This document shows, in pieces, positions 1-10,200 of a DNA stretch of 64,000 bases; within the stretch, counting starts at the first letter, position 1; each line of letters starts with the position of its first letter. The stretch lies in assembly GCA_037128175.1 (NCBI GenBank), contig JBAXWY010000006.1:1-64000 (forward strand), given 5' to 3'. The DNA comes from Methanothrix sp. GTDB lineage: Archaea > Halobacteriota > Methanosarcinia > Methanotrichales > Methanotrichaceae. The notes under the pieces are model-generated. The model was not told the DNA's origin. It was given only the letters and a program-made list of their open reading frames with translations, and searched no databases. The translations under genes were made by a program, and so were the position numbers.

Positions 1-28
1 GAGGGAGGGCACTTACAGCCTAAAATTA

Positions 29-54
29 GGCTTATTTAAGCCCAGCTGTACTAG
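29..54. mobile_element. Right terminal inverted repeat of an IS/MITE extending left of the window
   Basis: ggcttatttaagcccagctgtactag closely matches the right end of the MITE at 4353-4378 (ggtttatttcggcccagctgtactag). Confidence 0.65.
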
Positions 55-364
55 TCATAGTTGTAGGATCTACCTAAAAACTTTTGGGTAGCTAATAACA
101 CGTTCACAACACTATCTTGATGGCCAACAAGTTGCACGCACTTAAATATATAGCATTTTTTATCAGAATTGGAGTCCAGGATATTTTTATAAATATGCTT
201 TCTACCTCACAAGGTATAATATCGAGTTCAAATAGTATTTATAAAAACATCCACTGGCCGTATGCCTGAAAATAGATCCGAAAAAGAGAGAGAATTAGTT
301 CAAGGTTGTACGCATCTGAGAATTTAACATCGGAAAAAGAAAACAAAACCTTCACCGTTGTTTT

Positions 365-1036
365 CTATGCAAGGGAATTTCTGAGATCATCAATCCCATG
401 AATGGAATTTTCTTCCTGCCACTTCTTATACGCCTTCAAAATCTCCGCCGCCGCCTTCGCCCTTTCTTGGGGATCTGCATTCTCCCAAGACAGTTTGCTG
501 TTATCAACAACACCCTGCGGTTCGATGAATTCTTGATTGTCTATGCTTTCCGAAATTAGTTCGCTCATGCCGGTCTTGATAACCTCATGGGCTGGAGCGA
601 GTCCAATGATGGTCGAAATGATATCATCTCGAAGACCCTTCATTGCACTATCGACCTCATATGGGGTTGCTCCGTTTTCAAACATGGCTCTTTCAAATTT
701 CTCCGGCTCTAAAATCATATTCAAAAGGCCGCCGTCTTCATCCGTTGTAAGCGTAGAGAAAAATACGGGATTATCAATGCTCTCTTGAAGTAGTTGTGGC
801 GTGAATACCTCATATATTATTTTTGCATCCGAAACGAGTTCTTTAGCCATATCTTCAAATGTAATGGTATTCCATGGCCAAGTGCCACTATTGCTCGGCA
901 CGCTAGTGGGGGTGCTCATTGCGTTTTCCATTGAAGACGCAATGTCTCCAAAATTGAGCGAGTTGCTTGCTTGCCCACCCACACATGTCACGACCGCAGT
1001 CAGCATAAGCATCAAAAACCATGTCTTTAATGTCAT
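365..1036 (-). CDS. Hypothetical secreted protein
   Basis: 223-aa ORF with an N-terminal hydrophobic signal-like segment (MTLKTWFLMLMLTAVVTCVGG); no recognisable domain. Confidence 0.7.
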   Translation of the reverse strand: MTLKTWFLMLMLTAVVTCVGGQASNSLNFGDIASSMENAMSTPTSVPSNSGTWPWNTITFEDMAKELVSDAKIIYEVFTPQLLQESIDNPVFFSTLTTDEDGGLLNMILEPEKFERAMFENGATPYEVDSAMKGLRDDIISTIIGLAPAHEVIKTGMSELISESIDNQEFIEPQGVVDNSKLSWENADPQERAKAAAEILKAYKKWQEENSIHGIDDLRNSLA

Positions 1037-1099
1037 TATCGTAATTTCTCCGGCAACCCGTTTGATTCTCTGTTCATATGATAAAGTTTTGCCTGATAT

Positions 1100-1291
1100 A
1101 TGAGCCGAATTGGTTTGCTCAGAGCCAGGCTTGATGTGCTGGAGCAGAACGGCGGATACGTGATTCAGTCTGACGGCTCCAAGTTCCGGTCACATGATAG
1201 CAGCATCCGGCTTTTGCGAGAGTACACAAGGCTGCAAGAAGAGACTGACCTGGAACCTATGCTTTTCTCCAGGAATAATGAGCAGATCTGA
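1100..1291 (+). CDS. Small hypothetical protein or gene fragment
   Basis: 63-aa ORF with plausible composition inside the accessory island. Confidence 0.3.
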   Translation: MSRIGLLRARLDVLEQNGGYVIQSDGSKFRSHDSSIRLLREYTRLQEETDLEPMLFSRNNEQI

Positions 1292-1826
1292 TAAAGATCT
1301 ATCTAGGGTTTTTATGGTGGATGCTTGATCCTTATGATCTTGCATAGATTGCAATGGATTCGGCCTTCATCTCGCTTGCCTTGTTGAGTCAATTAAAATT
1401 TTTTGGCTCTTCGCTGTTTGGTAGTGCATACTGTTTTTCCGCAATTGGAACATTTTTTAAATCTGGCCTTGTATATGCACTTCGCATAGTAGTTGTAGTA
1501 TATAGCCAAAACTTTTTGGTGGTGGAAATTTATTTCTTCTGGAAACCATAAAATAGGTGTAGGTCTTTGCTCCCTTCTTGGTACCCTTAATCTTCTTCTG
1601 CCCCCATACATGGAGAGAGCCTCTTAGCAGCCATAGATTGAAGATTCATTACTGTAACCATGGCCGCTCTCATAGTTGCCGCCGCTTCCTTCTTCAGAGT
1701 TTTTGCTCTCTCGCCTCTGAAGGCGCTAAATGTCGAAGAATGATAAAACTTCTTATTATATAATATAATAGTTTTTAAATAAATACTAGTACGGAAATAG
1801 GAAATGAAAACTAACCGTGCTAATCG

Positions 1827-2801
1827 CTATTCATTTACTAAATTTTCCAACCTATTTAAAAACTCATAATTTATATTATCGCCCAATGCAATATATTCAA
1901 TCCCGAATCCATTTTTTAATTTTAAAATTGGAATTATTTCCTTATTAACATATTTTATTATTCTATCTTTCTCGTTTGCAGTAGTATGGCCGTTACTACC
2001 TGTAGGCTCTCCATCAGAAAGCAGTATTATTCCATTGTTTCCCTTACTTAAGTTCTTTTTGGCGCATACAAATGCATCATACATATTAGTGCCGCCACTA
2101 TCCGAATGTATATTTTGAATTGCTGAGTATAAATCTTTTCCGTTTTTTTTGTATTCACTCCAGATCACATTTCCGCCAAATAATATAAGACCAAAAGAAC
2201 TTTTGCTTAACCGTTTTTCCTTTTTTAAATATTCTATCAAAACACTTTTATGAGGGTCCAAAATTGTTCTCATGCTTTCTGAGACATCAATCATTAATAA
2301 TATGCTATATTTTTTATTTTCATCCATTTTGAGCTTTTCTAATTGGGATCGCATCTTGGCAGCTTCATGGATCTCAGCCAGGCACTCATCAATTTCATTT
2401 TTTAGCTTGCCGTTTGGTGCTGTTTTCGATGCTTGAGTGCATTGGCGCTCGGCAGCTTCAAGATCTCCTTTGCCTACTGATTGCTGAGCTAATTCGTAAT
2501 TAATCATAGCCAGGCAATCACCAATTTCATTTTTTAGCTTGCCGTTTGGTGCTGTATTCAATGCTTGAGTGCATTGGCGTTCGGCAGCTTCATAATCTCC
2601 TCTGCCTACTGATTGCTGAGCTAATTCGTAATTAATCATAGCCAGGCAATCACTAATTTCCTTTTTTAGCTTGCCGTTTGATGTAATTATTTTGTTTGGT
2701 TCTATTTTTATTGTATTATCGGATTCCTTCAGATAATACCCATAAGAAAATGAAATTATTATAGCAATTATTATTATGCCAATTATTAGGTTATAATCCA
2801 T
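1827..2801 (-). CDS. Membrane-anchored TPR-like repeat + von Willebrand factor A domain protein
   Basis: N-terminal TM helix; 44-aa helical repeats; vWA MIDAS motif IDVSESM, GGTNMYDAF, IILLSDGEP. Confidence 0.85.
   Translation of the reverse strand: MDYNLIIGIIIIAIIISFSYGYYLKESDNTIKIEPNKIITSNGKLKKEISDCLAMINYELAQQSVGRGDYEAAERQCTQALNTAPNGKLKNEIGDCLAMINYELAQQSVGKGDLEAAERQCTQASKTAPNGKLKNEIDECLAEIHEAAKMRSQLEKLKMDENKKYSILLMIDVSESMRTILDPHKSVLIEYLKKEKRLSKSSFGLILFGGNVIWSEYKKNGKDLYSAIQNIHSDSGGTNMYDAFVCAKKNLSKGNNGIILLSDGEPTGSNGHTTANEKDRIIKYVNKEIIPILKLKNGFGIEYIALGDNINYEFLNRLENLVNE
2375..2680 (-). repeat. Intragenic tandem repeat, 132-bp unit, about 2.3 copies
   Basis: tttagcttgccgtttg recurs at 2401, 2533 and 2665 (exact 132-bp period). 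Confidence 0.9.
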
Positions 2802-3197
2802 AAAACCACCATTAATTTGTTATGCATGCAATACCAGTTCCTCCTTAAATACGTTCGGATTCATCATTATATGCACTCAGCACATTACGGTCGTGCCCAG
2901 TCTCTGGGAGGGAGCAAAGTAAATATTCTTTGGAGTCAGATAAAAAGATTGTAGTGAGCCAGCCCCTAAGATCTTTCATCCATCCTGGAGCAGGAGGCCT
3001 GAGCAGGCCAAGCTCCCCGGCCCGTAGTTCTTTTGTTATGTTTTCGTTAACGCCTCTCTCTTCATAGCCTTAGCTTTCTCCTGGGCCTCTACTCTACTCA
3101 TCTTATGGGAAGAGTCCTGGTAAGCAGAGTTAGGTTGATGGAAGCTTTGCACAAGTGGAGATATAGTTAAAACATTTGGCCTACTAGGCAAAAATGT

Positions 3198-3398
3198 TTA
3201 ACGAAAGCCTTTCGCCCAGCAGTTCCCAGCTTCACTGTATTCTTTGCTACCACAATTGGGACAGCGATCATAACCGCATTGATAACAGTAGCAGGTCCCA
3301 CACTTATCACATTCATATATCTTAAAGTGATTGCCATCCCACAAAGACCCACTAGGTGGAGGGTTGTTACAATTAGGACACTGGTTAAAGTTAGTCAT
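3198..3398 (-). CDS. Small Cys-rich zinc-finger protein (66 aa)
   Basis: CPNC, CDKC, CYQC and CPNCG motifs; GAGGA-like RBS upstream of the ATG at 3398. Confidence 0.7.
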   Translation of the reverse strand: MTNFNQCPNCNNPPPSGSLWDGNHFKIYECDKCGTCYCYQCGYDRCPNCGSKEYSEAGNCWAKGFR

Positions 3399-3809
3399 GC
3401 ATTGATCCTCTTTTTGAAGGGATCTCCAAGCAAGCATACTGATTCAATCTATAGATAAATCTTATGGAGCATAAGATGGCCTGGTTAAAGTCTTTGCACG
3501 TTCTTGGCCTGTAAGTTACATGTATTGCCTTAGCTGGCTGGAGAGAGCCCTGGGAAGGTCTGGGAAGGGAGGAAGAAGCCATAACATATTATTATAAGAA
3601 TACTTCCAGGGTCAAACCCTCTGATGTTGCGCGGCGGATTCTAGAGCAATTTTTTGATTTCACTGATGCCGGTAATCCGATAACGCGCAATTGCCGATAA
3701 AGTATTCCATAGTGTCTAGAATGGGTTGCTTGCCAGAATCGAATTTGTGACCATCCAGGCCAAGTGAGAAAAAAGGCGAGATGTTTTACAGGTTATACAC
3801 ACATCCCTT

Positions 3810-4200
3810 CTAATTTGCACTCACCGGCCCAAATCCATACAGATCATACGTCTCCTTCACCGGGGCCAGCGTCACCGTGGCGTAGATCTCCGTCGTAGAC
3901 AGCCTCTTGTGCCCTACCTGCTTCTGAATCATGGGCACCGGCACGCCGGCCATGAGCGCATTCACCACATGGCTGTGCCTGAGGATGTGGGGCATGACCT
4001 TCCTCCGGGAGAACTTCTCTCTGCACGAAACCTCCTGGATCCCGGCCTCTTCTGCCAGGCGGTCTATGGTCCGAAGCACCGTCTTGGTGCATAGATGTCC
4101 GGAGCTCCGGCCGGGGAAGAGCCACTCCTGACCATGCCGGACTGGACGACCTGCAAAGTTCCTGTCTCACCTGGGTGGCCCCGCTGCGCAGATCAGATAG
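3810..4200 (-). pseudogene. C-terminal remnant of a tyrosine recombinase/integrase
   Basis: WLFPG...PHILRHS...QVGHKRLSTTEIY retains the H-x-L-R, GH and Y catalytic motifs; the frame breaks upstream of ~4140 and the N-terminus is lost at the MITE. Confidence 0.85.
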
Positions 4201-4378
4201 CTAGTACAGCCGGGCCTAATTAAAGCCGTGATTGTGAGAGGATAATGCACCTTTGTGAACGGTTGATCGTTCTTCGCGCCTTCGCAGCTTCGCGTAAGAT
4301 TCGAACGGGTCCGGTTTCACGCGAAGGCGCGAAGCCGCGAAGTTAAAACACTGGTTTATTTCGGCCCAGCTGTACTAG
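4201..4378. mobile_element. MITE (~178 bp) with ~26-bp imperfect TIRs at a CTAG target
   Basis: ctagtacagccgggcctaattaaagc ... ggtttatttcggcccagctgtactag; no transposase; internal palindrome at 4272-4342. Confidence 0.75.
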
Positions 4379-4422
4379 AACAAGCAAGAAGCATAATAAT
4401 CTTCAAAATATCTGCAGGGAAT

Positions 4423-5364
4423 TCAATCCATCCCCCCTATCCTGTGCTCGTACCCCCTTGCCTCCACCCGTCGCTTTTGGCCCCCCCGCTCCATCCAGAT
4501 CCCTTCCGCCACCACTTCTCCGATCACCGTCAGCCCGCATGCCCGCCGGGCCGCCTCCAGTCCACCTGGCCGCACGGTGAAGACCAGCTCATAGTCCCCG
4601 CCCGCGCTCATCACAAACTCTCGCGCCTTCTCCTGCCCCACCATCTCCGCCAGGCCAACGGTCACGGGCAGCGCTTCATCTCGTACCACAAAGCCCACCT
4701 GGCTCACCTCTGCCAGGTCAAAGAGCGATAGCGCCAGACCGTCGCTGTTGTCCATCATGGCCGTGACTGCACCGCTTTGGGCCAGGGCGCGGCCCTCCGC
4801 CAGGCGCGGTTCGGGCTCCAGCAGCCGCGTGATGAACGGGCTATCAAGCCTGCCCTGCTGCCAGGCCCACAGGCCCCCGCCCGCGCCCCCCAGCGCGCCC
4901 GTGCTGCAGAGCAGGTCGCCCGCCCGTGCGCCCTTGCGCCGCAGCGCCAGATCCTTTTCCACGAACCCCAGGGCCGTGCCCGTGATGGTCAGCTCCTCAT
5001 GCGAGTCCGTATCGCCGCCGATGATGCGCGTGCCGTAGTAAGCAGCGCAGTCCCCAAAACCCGAGAAAAGCTCATCGATGAAGTAGAGATCTGCCTCGGG
5101 CGGCAGGCCCGCCGCGATGAGAACGCCCGCCGGCTCTGCCCCCATGGCGGCGATGTCGCTCAGGTTCACAGCTACCGCCATCCAGCCCATCTGCCAGGGA
5201 TTCATGATATCGGGAAAATCTGTTTTCCGGTGCAGCATGTCTGAAGTTGCTACCAGATAGCGCTCGCCTGCGTCAATCACGGCGCAGTCGTCATTCTCCA
5301 CACCGCCCAAGATCTCGGAGATGCGCCGGATCAGCTCTCGCTCGCCCAAAACATTTCCCGACAT
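4423..5364 (-). CDS. thiL: Thiamine-monophosphate kinase
   Basis: GERELI, DDCAVI, NLSDIAAMGAEP, GGDT, DNSDGL, GGDYELVFT motifs. Confidence 0.95.
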   Translation of the reverse strand: MSGNVLGERELIRRISEILGGVENDDCAVIDAGERYLVATSDMLHRKTDFPDIMNPWQMGWMAVAVNLSDIAAMGAEPAGVLIAAGLPPEADLYFIDELFSGFGDCAAYYGTRIIGGDTDSHEELTITGTALGFVEKDLALRRKGARAGDLLCSTGALGGAGGGLWAWQQGRLDSPFITRLLEPEPRLAEGRALAQSGAVTAMMDNSDGLALSLFDLAEVSQVGFVVRDEALPVTVGLAEMVGQEKAREFVMSAGGDYELVFTVRPGGLEAARRACGLTVIGEVVAEGIWMERGGQKRRVEARGYEHRIGGMD

Positions 5365-5438
5365 GAATGCCTGCCCGCCTTCTTCTTGCTGAATCGATCA
5401 GAAGGCTAATAAATTTTGAGACTATTACTATCAATACC

Positions 5439-6377
5439 ATGCTCGATTACAAAAGATTATTTATTCCCGTCCTGGCACTCCTCCTGCTCCTGCCGCCTTC
5501 TCTTGCCGAGACACGGGTCTGCTCGGAAGGGTGCGATTACACCAGCATCCAGGCAACGCTCGATGCCGCCTCTCCGGGTGACAAAATCGTTGTGGAGAGC
5601 GGAATCTACAACGAATCGCTCCTTATCGGTAAGAATGTGTTCCTGCACGGCCTGGATACGGGCAAAGGAAAGCCCGTGCTCGCGCCGGAAAACGGGCGGG
5701 TAATCCTGGCCGCCAACGGCGCCGTCTTGCGAGGCTTTGAGATCGGCGGACCTGCCGGCTCGGATGACCTGGCCCCTCAAAGCGAGAACTGCACTTTGGA
5801 AGTCATCCTTCCCGCCGGCATTTACCTGAACGATTTTGCCGGCAAGAAGAGCGTCTGCCCGGTTGATGCCGCGTCCTGGAATTCCAGTGACGGCATCAAC
5901 TACCAGTTCAACAGCCGCGTGCTGCGCGGCCGCCTGGGCAACTACTGGGCCGATTACAACGGATCGGATGGGAACGGTGACGGAATTGGCGACCAGCCCA
6001 TGATTTTGAACGAAAAAAATATAGATTATTATCCACTGATAGAGCCCGTGGACAACTACCGAATACCTGATGAAAAGCAGACGGGTGTAGAGCTTATTCG
6101 CGCCAAGGTTAACGAGCCCTTTACCATTTCCCTTCCTGCCAATCCCACTACGGGTTATGAGTGGAAGGTGGATTACGATTATGTCCTGCTCAAACAGGAA
6201 AGCGCAGAGTTTGAGCGAACCTATGTCGAGACGAAGCTTGTGGGAGCGGGCGGAACATCGGTCTTTGTCTTCCTGCCCATTAAGCCCGGCAAGAGCACCA
6301 TCTACTTTGTCTATAAAAGGTCCTGGGAGAATATTGTGGCAGACACGAGAGCCTTCCATGTGGATGTATCTGCCTGA
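5439..6377 (+). CDS. Secreted NosD/CASH-like beta-helix + chagasin (I42 protease inhibitor) domain protein
   Basis: Signal peptide; YTSIQA..., GNYWADYNGSDGNGDGIGD; C-terminal NPTTGYEW, VGAGG, YKRSWE chagasin motifs. Confidence 0.85.
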   Translation: MLDYKRLFIPVLALLLLLPPSLAETRVCSEGCDYTSIQATLDAASPGDKIVVESGIYNESLLIGKNVFLHGLDTGKGKPVLAPENGRVILAANGAVLRGFEIGGPAGSDDLAPQSENCTLEVILPAGIYLNDFAGKKSVCPVDAASWNSSDGINYQFNSRVLRGRLGNYWADYNGSDGNGDGIGDQPMILNEKNIDYYPLIEPVDNYRIPDEKQTGVELIRAKVNEPFTISLPANPTTGYEWKVDYDYVLLKQESAEFERTYVETKLVGAGGTSVFVFLPIKPGKSTIYFVYKRSWENIVADTRAFHVDVSA

Positions 6378-6436
6378 AGCGGATCCCGGGCTCTATATCC
6401 CAAAATAATTTATAGAATTAACGCATACATTTTTTT

Positions 6437-6682
6437 ATGTTTGGCATATTTTCGTTTATAGGATGGCTGATCATAGGAGCTATCATCGGCTGGATAGCAG
6501 GAAAAGTTTGGGTAGGACACGGCTTCGGCCTGATGGGAAACATGGTGGTCGGCATCGTGGGCTCCATAATAGGAGGAGCACTCTTTGGCGGGCTTTTGGG
6601 CACATCCGGCATAGGTGGCTGGATTACATCCATCCTGGGTGCCATTGTACTGCTGGTTATTGCTGGATTTATTAAGAGATAG
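6437..6682 (+). CDS. GlsB/YeaQ/YmgE (transglycosylase-associated) small membrane protein
   Basis: IIGAIIGWIA...GNMVVGIVGSIIGG pattern. Confidence 0.9.
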   Translation: MFGIFSFIGWLIIGAIIGWIAGKVWVGHGFGLMGNMVVGIVGSIIGGALFGGLLGTSGIGGWITSILGAIVLLVIAGFIKR

Positions 6683-6889
6683 ATCAGGGCCAAGCCTTTC
6701 GCGAACGATCCCAGGCCGGGAAGAATATATCATCCTTCTGTCGCAGTAGAAACAAGCACAATCACCTAATCTCTGCCAACCAGAGAGATGGCAACCTGGG
6801 CTACGTCTGAAAAGCGGACTTGCCAGGAAGTATTTATATAGTGATCGCCATCAATTCCTGGTCATTACAATCCTTAAGGAGATTTCAAT

Positions 6890-8185
6890 TTGGCAAAATC
6901 CGATATCAAATCTGAAGCTAGTTCAGAATCCAAAGCCGAGGTGAAGAAGCCTGCGGCCCCTAAACCGGAGGTCAACATCGGCATGGTGGGCCATGTCGAT
7001 CACGGCAAAACCACCCTTGTAAAGTCACTCTCAGGCGTCTGGACCGATCAGCACAGCGAGGAAGTTAAAAGGGGTATCTCCATCCGACTGGGGTATGCAG
7101 ATGCAACCTTCCGAAAGTGCCCGAGCTGTCCCGAACCGGATGCTTACACCGTTGATGAGAAATGCTCCCACTGCGGCACAGAGACGCAGGTTTTACGCAC
7201 CGTTTCTTTCGTAGACTCGCCCGGCCACGAAACACTCATGGCCACCATGCTATGCGGAGCGGCTATCATGGATGGTGCCGTGCTGGTCATATCAGCCAAT
7301 GAGCCCTGCCCCCAGCCCCAGACCAAAGAGCACCTCATGGCCCTTAACATCACGGGCATCAACAAAATCGTGATAGTGCAAAATAAGATCGATCTCATGT
7401 CCCGTGAGCAAGTAATGGAGCACTACCGCCAGATCAAGGATTTCGTAAAGGGAACTGTGGCAGAGAATGCACCCATTGTGCCTATTTCCGCTCAGCAGAA
7501 CCTCAACGTCGATATGGTCATTGAGGCCATCGAGAAGACCATACCCACCCCACCCCGGGACGTCAACAAGCCGGCTCTTCTGAAGATTGCTCGCTCCTTC
7601 GACATCAATCGGCCAGGTGCTACCCCTGAGGCCCTTAAAGGCGGAGTCATAGGCGGCTCTCTCAGCCAGGGCATCATGCATACGGGCGACAAGATAGAGA
7701 TCTGTCCGGGTCGACTCGTGGAATATGAGGGCAGGAAACAGTGGGTGCCCATCCAGACCAAGGTGGTAACACTGCTGGCAGGAAAACATGTTCAGGACGA
7801 GATCACACCAGGAGGCCTGATGGGCGTGGGCACTCTGCTCGACCCCATCATGACCAAGAGCGATGCGCTGGTGGGACAGGTGGCAGGAGAGCCTGGCAAA
7901 CTTCCGCCAGCACGATCTTCATTTACCATGAATATGCGGCTATTGGAGCGCGTCGTTGGAGTCACGGATGAGTCTTGTGTCGAGCCCATACACTCCAGCG
8001 AACCCTTGATGCTCAATGTCGGCACGGCCACAACCGTCGGTGTCGTAACCAGCGCTCGTGAGGGCGGCATTGTTCAGGTGCAGCTCAAGAGACCTGTATG
8101 TGCCGATAAAGGTGAACGTGTGGCGGTTAGCAGGCGAATTGGTGCCCGATGGCGTCTCATTGGCGTTGGCACCATAATCGAGTAG
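6890..8185 (+). CDS. eif2g: Translation initiation factor 2 subunit gamma
   Basis: [34 protein letters not shown]. Confidence 0.97.
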   Translation: MAKSDIKSEASSESKAEVKKPAAPKPEVNIGMVGHVDHGKTTLVKSLSGVWTDQHSEEVKRGISIRLGYADATFRKCPSCPEPDAYTVDEKCSHCGTETQVLRTVSFVDSPGHETLMATMLCGAAIMDGAVLVISANEPCPQPQTKEHLMALNITGINKIVIVQNKIDLMSREQVMEHYRQIKDFVKGTVAENAPIVPISAQQNLNVDMVIEAIEKTIPTPPRDVNKPALLKIARSFDINRPGATPEALKGGVIGGSLSQGIMHTGDKIEICPGRLVEYEGRKQWVPIQTKVVTLLAGKHVQDEITPGGLMGVGTLLDPIMTKSDALVGQVAGEPGKLPPARSSFTMNMRLLERVVGVTDESCVEPIHSSEPLMLNVGTATTVGVVTSAREGGIVQVQLKRPVCADKGERVAVSRRIGARWRLIGVGTIIE

Positions 8186-8186
8186 C

Positions 8187-8597
8187 ATGAAGGCATACAT
8201 TGATACGAGTAGCGTAAAAGTCGTCCTCGATACCAACGCATTGATGGTGCCCGAGCAGTTCGGTGTGGACATCTTCAGTGAGCTTCTCCGCTTGGGGTAT
8301 GCAGAGTGGCTGGTCCCTGCCTCTGTCCTGGGAGAGCTTCGATTTCTGGCAACACGGGCCGACAAAGGAAAGGATAAAATTGCCGCCCGCGTGGCACTCA
8401 GCCTTGCGAGTGGCTGCAATGCCGTTGGGGTGGACAATTATAATGCAGATCAGGCAATCGAAGAGCTTGCCCAGGAGACGGGCGCGGCTGTCTTTACCAA
8501 TGACAAAGCTTTAAAGAAAAGGTTATTTAGTAAAGGCATCACCGTAGTATACCTGCGCCAGGGGCAATATCTAGAGGCGTCGAAGAAGGAGTACTAG
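8187..8597 (+). CDS. PIN-domain protein (Fcf1/Utp24-like)
   Basis: VVLDTNAL, AD, TND acidic PIN motifs; conserved position after aIF2gamma. Confidence 0.9.
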   Translation: MKAYIDTSSVKVVLDTNALMVPEQFGVDIFSELLRLGYAEWLVPASVLGELRFLATRADKGKDKIAARVALSLASGCNAVGVDNYNADQAIEELAQETGAAVFTNDKALKKRLFSKGITVVYLRQGQYLEASKKEY

Positions 8598-9173
8598 ATG
8601 TATAAGAAGATGAAGCTTAAGGGTGTGGCCAAAATAGAACCGGATCATCTGGGTGATCCCCTCGAAGCAGCAGTGGACAAGTCACTGCGCGACAAATACG
8701 AGGCAGTAGTTGACAAGTCACTGGGAACCATAGTGGCCGTACTCGGAGCAGATGACATTGGAGAAGGTCACATCCTGGCAGGGGATGGATCTATTTACTA
8801 CGAAGTCAATTTTGATGCCCTCGTCTTTAAGCCCGAGATGCAGGAGATCATCGAAGGCGAGGTAGTGGAGATAGTTAAATTCGGAGCTTTTCTCTCTCTG
8901 GGACCATTCGACGGCCTTCTGCACGTCAGCCAGATCACCAATGAGTATATATCTTATGATGAAAAGAACGCGCGGCTGGTCAGCAAAGAGTCGAACAAGT
9001 CCTTAGGAGAAGGAGATAAGGTTCGAGCCAGAGTCATAGCCGTAAGCCTGAATGAGAAAGAGCCTCGCGAGAGCAAGATTGGGCTTACCATGAGGCAAAC
9101 GGGCCTGGGACGGCTGGAGTGGCTAGAGGTCAATACCAGTGCAGAAGTAAATGTTGAGGCAGAGGCGAAATGA
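8598..9173 (+). CDS. rpoE1: RNA polymerase subunit E' (Rpo7)
   Basis: S1 domain FGAFLSLGPFDGLLHVSQI; KIGLTMRQ. Confidence 0.96.
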   Translation: MYKKMKLKGVAKIEPDHLGDPLEAAVDKSLRDKYEAVVDKSLGTIVAVLGADDIGEGHILAGDGSIYYEVNFDALVFKPEMQEIIEGEVVEIVKFGAFLSLGPFDGLLHVSQITNEYISYDEKNARLVSKESNKSLGEGDKVRARVIAVSLNEKEPRESKIGLTMRQTGLGRLEWLEVNTSAEVNVEAEAK

Positions 9174-9355
9174 CTGAGCAGGCATGCAGAGAATGTCGCA
9201 GAATCGTTGAGGGTCAGGTCTGTCCCATCTGTAACTCAGCCTCGCTCAGCAAGGACTGGAGCGGATACGTCGTGATCATCGATCCCAAGGAATCGATCCT
9301 CGCGCAAAAGCTGGAGATTACCCTTCCCGGCAGATATGCTTTGAAGGTGCGTTAG
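9170..9355 (+). CDS. spt4: Transcription elongation factor Spt4 (RpoE'')
   Basis: ACRECR...CPIC...WSGYVVIIDP...PGRYALKVR. Confidence 0.96.
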   Translation: MTEQACRECRRIVEGQVCPICNSASLSKDWSGYVVIIDPKESILAQKLEITLPGRYALKVR

Positions 9356-9357
9356 AA

Positions 9358-9888
9358 TTGCGTCTCCTCCTTCTCCCAGATGATCTGCGCTCTTCACTGA
9401 AAGAGCCATTGGGCAGGTTATACAAGGGAAACGGCCAAGAGTGCGTGATGGCCATGGAGAAAGAGCTTCTTTCTGCCAAGAAAGTTGTTGCGATCGGCGA
9501 TATGACTGCCTTCTATCTCTTGAAGGCATCCATAGTACCGGATCTGCTTGTCGTGGACAATAAGACTAAGAGGATGCCGGTTTCCGATCAGGTCAAAGAG
9601 ATGCTGGATCACGAAAGCTATAAGACGGTAATGGTAAAAAATCCGGCGGCAACTATCACCAAAGATCTTATAGACCAGATCCGGGAATCTCTCCAAGGCA
9701 CTAAACATGTTAAGATCGTAGTAGAGGGCGAAGAAGATCTGGCAACGCTTCCTGCCATTCTCTATGCGCCACTGAGCTCTGTCGTGGTCTACGGCCAGCC
9801 CAATGAGGGGAGCGTTCTGGTTGATGTTACTTTGGAAAGGAAGCTACATATCGAAGAATTCATGAAGCGAATGATTGTGGAGGAATGA
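9358..9888 (+). CDS. GTP-dependent dephospho-CoA kinase (DUF359)
   Basis: LKEPLG, IGD, VDNKTKR, GEEDL, YGQPNEG. Confidence 0.92.
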   Translation: MRLLLLPDDLRSSLKEPLGRLYKGNGQECVMAMEKELLSAKKVVAIGDMTAFYLLKASIVPDLLVVDNKTKRMPVSDQVKEMLDHESYKTVMVKNPAATITKDLIDQIRESLQGTKHVKIVVEGEEDLATLPAILYAPLSSVVVYGQPNEGSVLVDVTLERKLHIEEFMKRMIVEE

Positions 9889-10196
9889 AGTTGGATATTC
9901 AAGTAATAGAAGCAAAGAACAACACCATCTTGAATCGGCGGGAGCTCGTTTTCAAGGTTATTCACGATGCGTCGACACCGACCAGAAAGAGCGTTGTGGA
10001 GAGGCTGGCGGCAACTCAGAACTCGAAGGTAGGCTTGGTCTATGTGGACAGCCTGAAGACAGAGTTTGGAAAGCGCGAGACCATTGGATATGCCAAGATC
10101 TACGAGACTGCTGAGAGGGCCAAGGAAATAGAGAGAGCTCATATCATTGAGCGCAATACCTTCAACAAGCCACAAGAAACCAAGACGGAGGCCTAG
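9885..10196 (+). CDS. rps24e: 30S ribosomal protein S24e
   Basis: NTILNRRE, TPTRK, TEFGK..TIGYAKIY. Confidence 0.96.
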   Translation: MKLDIQVIEAKNNTILNRRELVFKVIHDASTPTRKSVVERLAATQNSKVGLVYVDSLKTEFGKRETIGYAKIYETAERAKEIERAHIIERNTFNKPQETKTEA

Positions 10197-10200
10197 CTAG

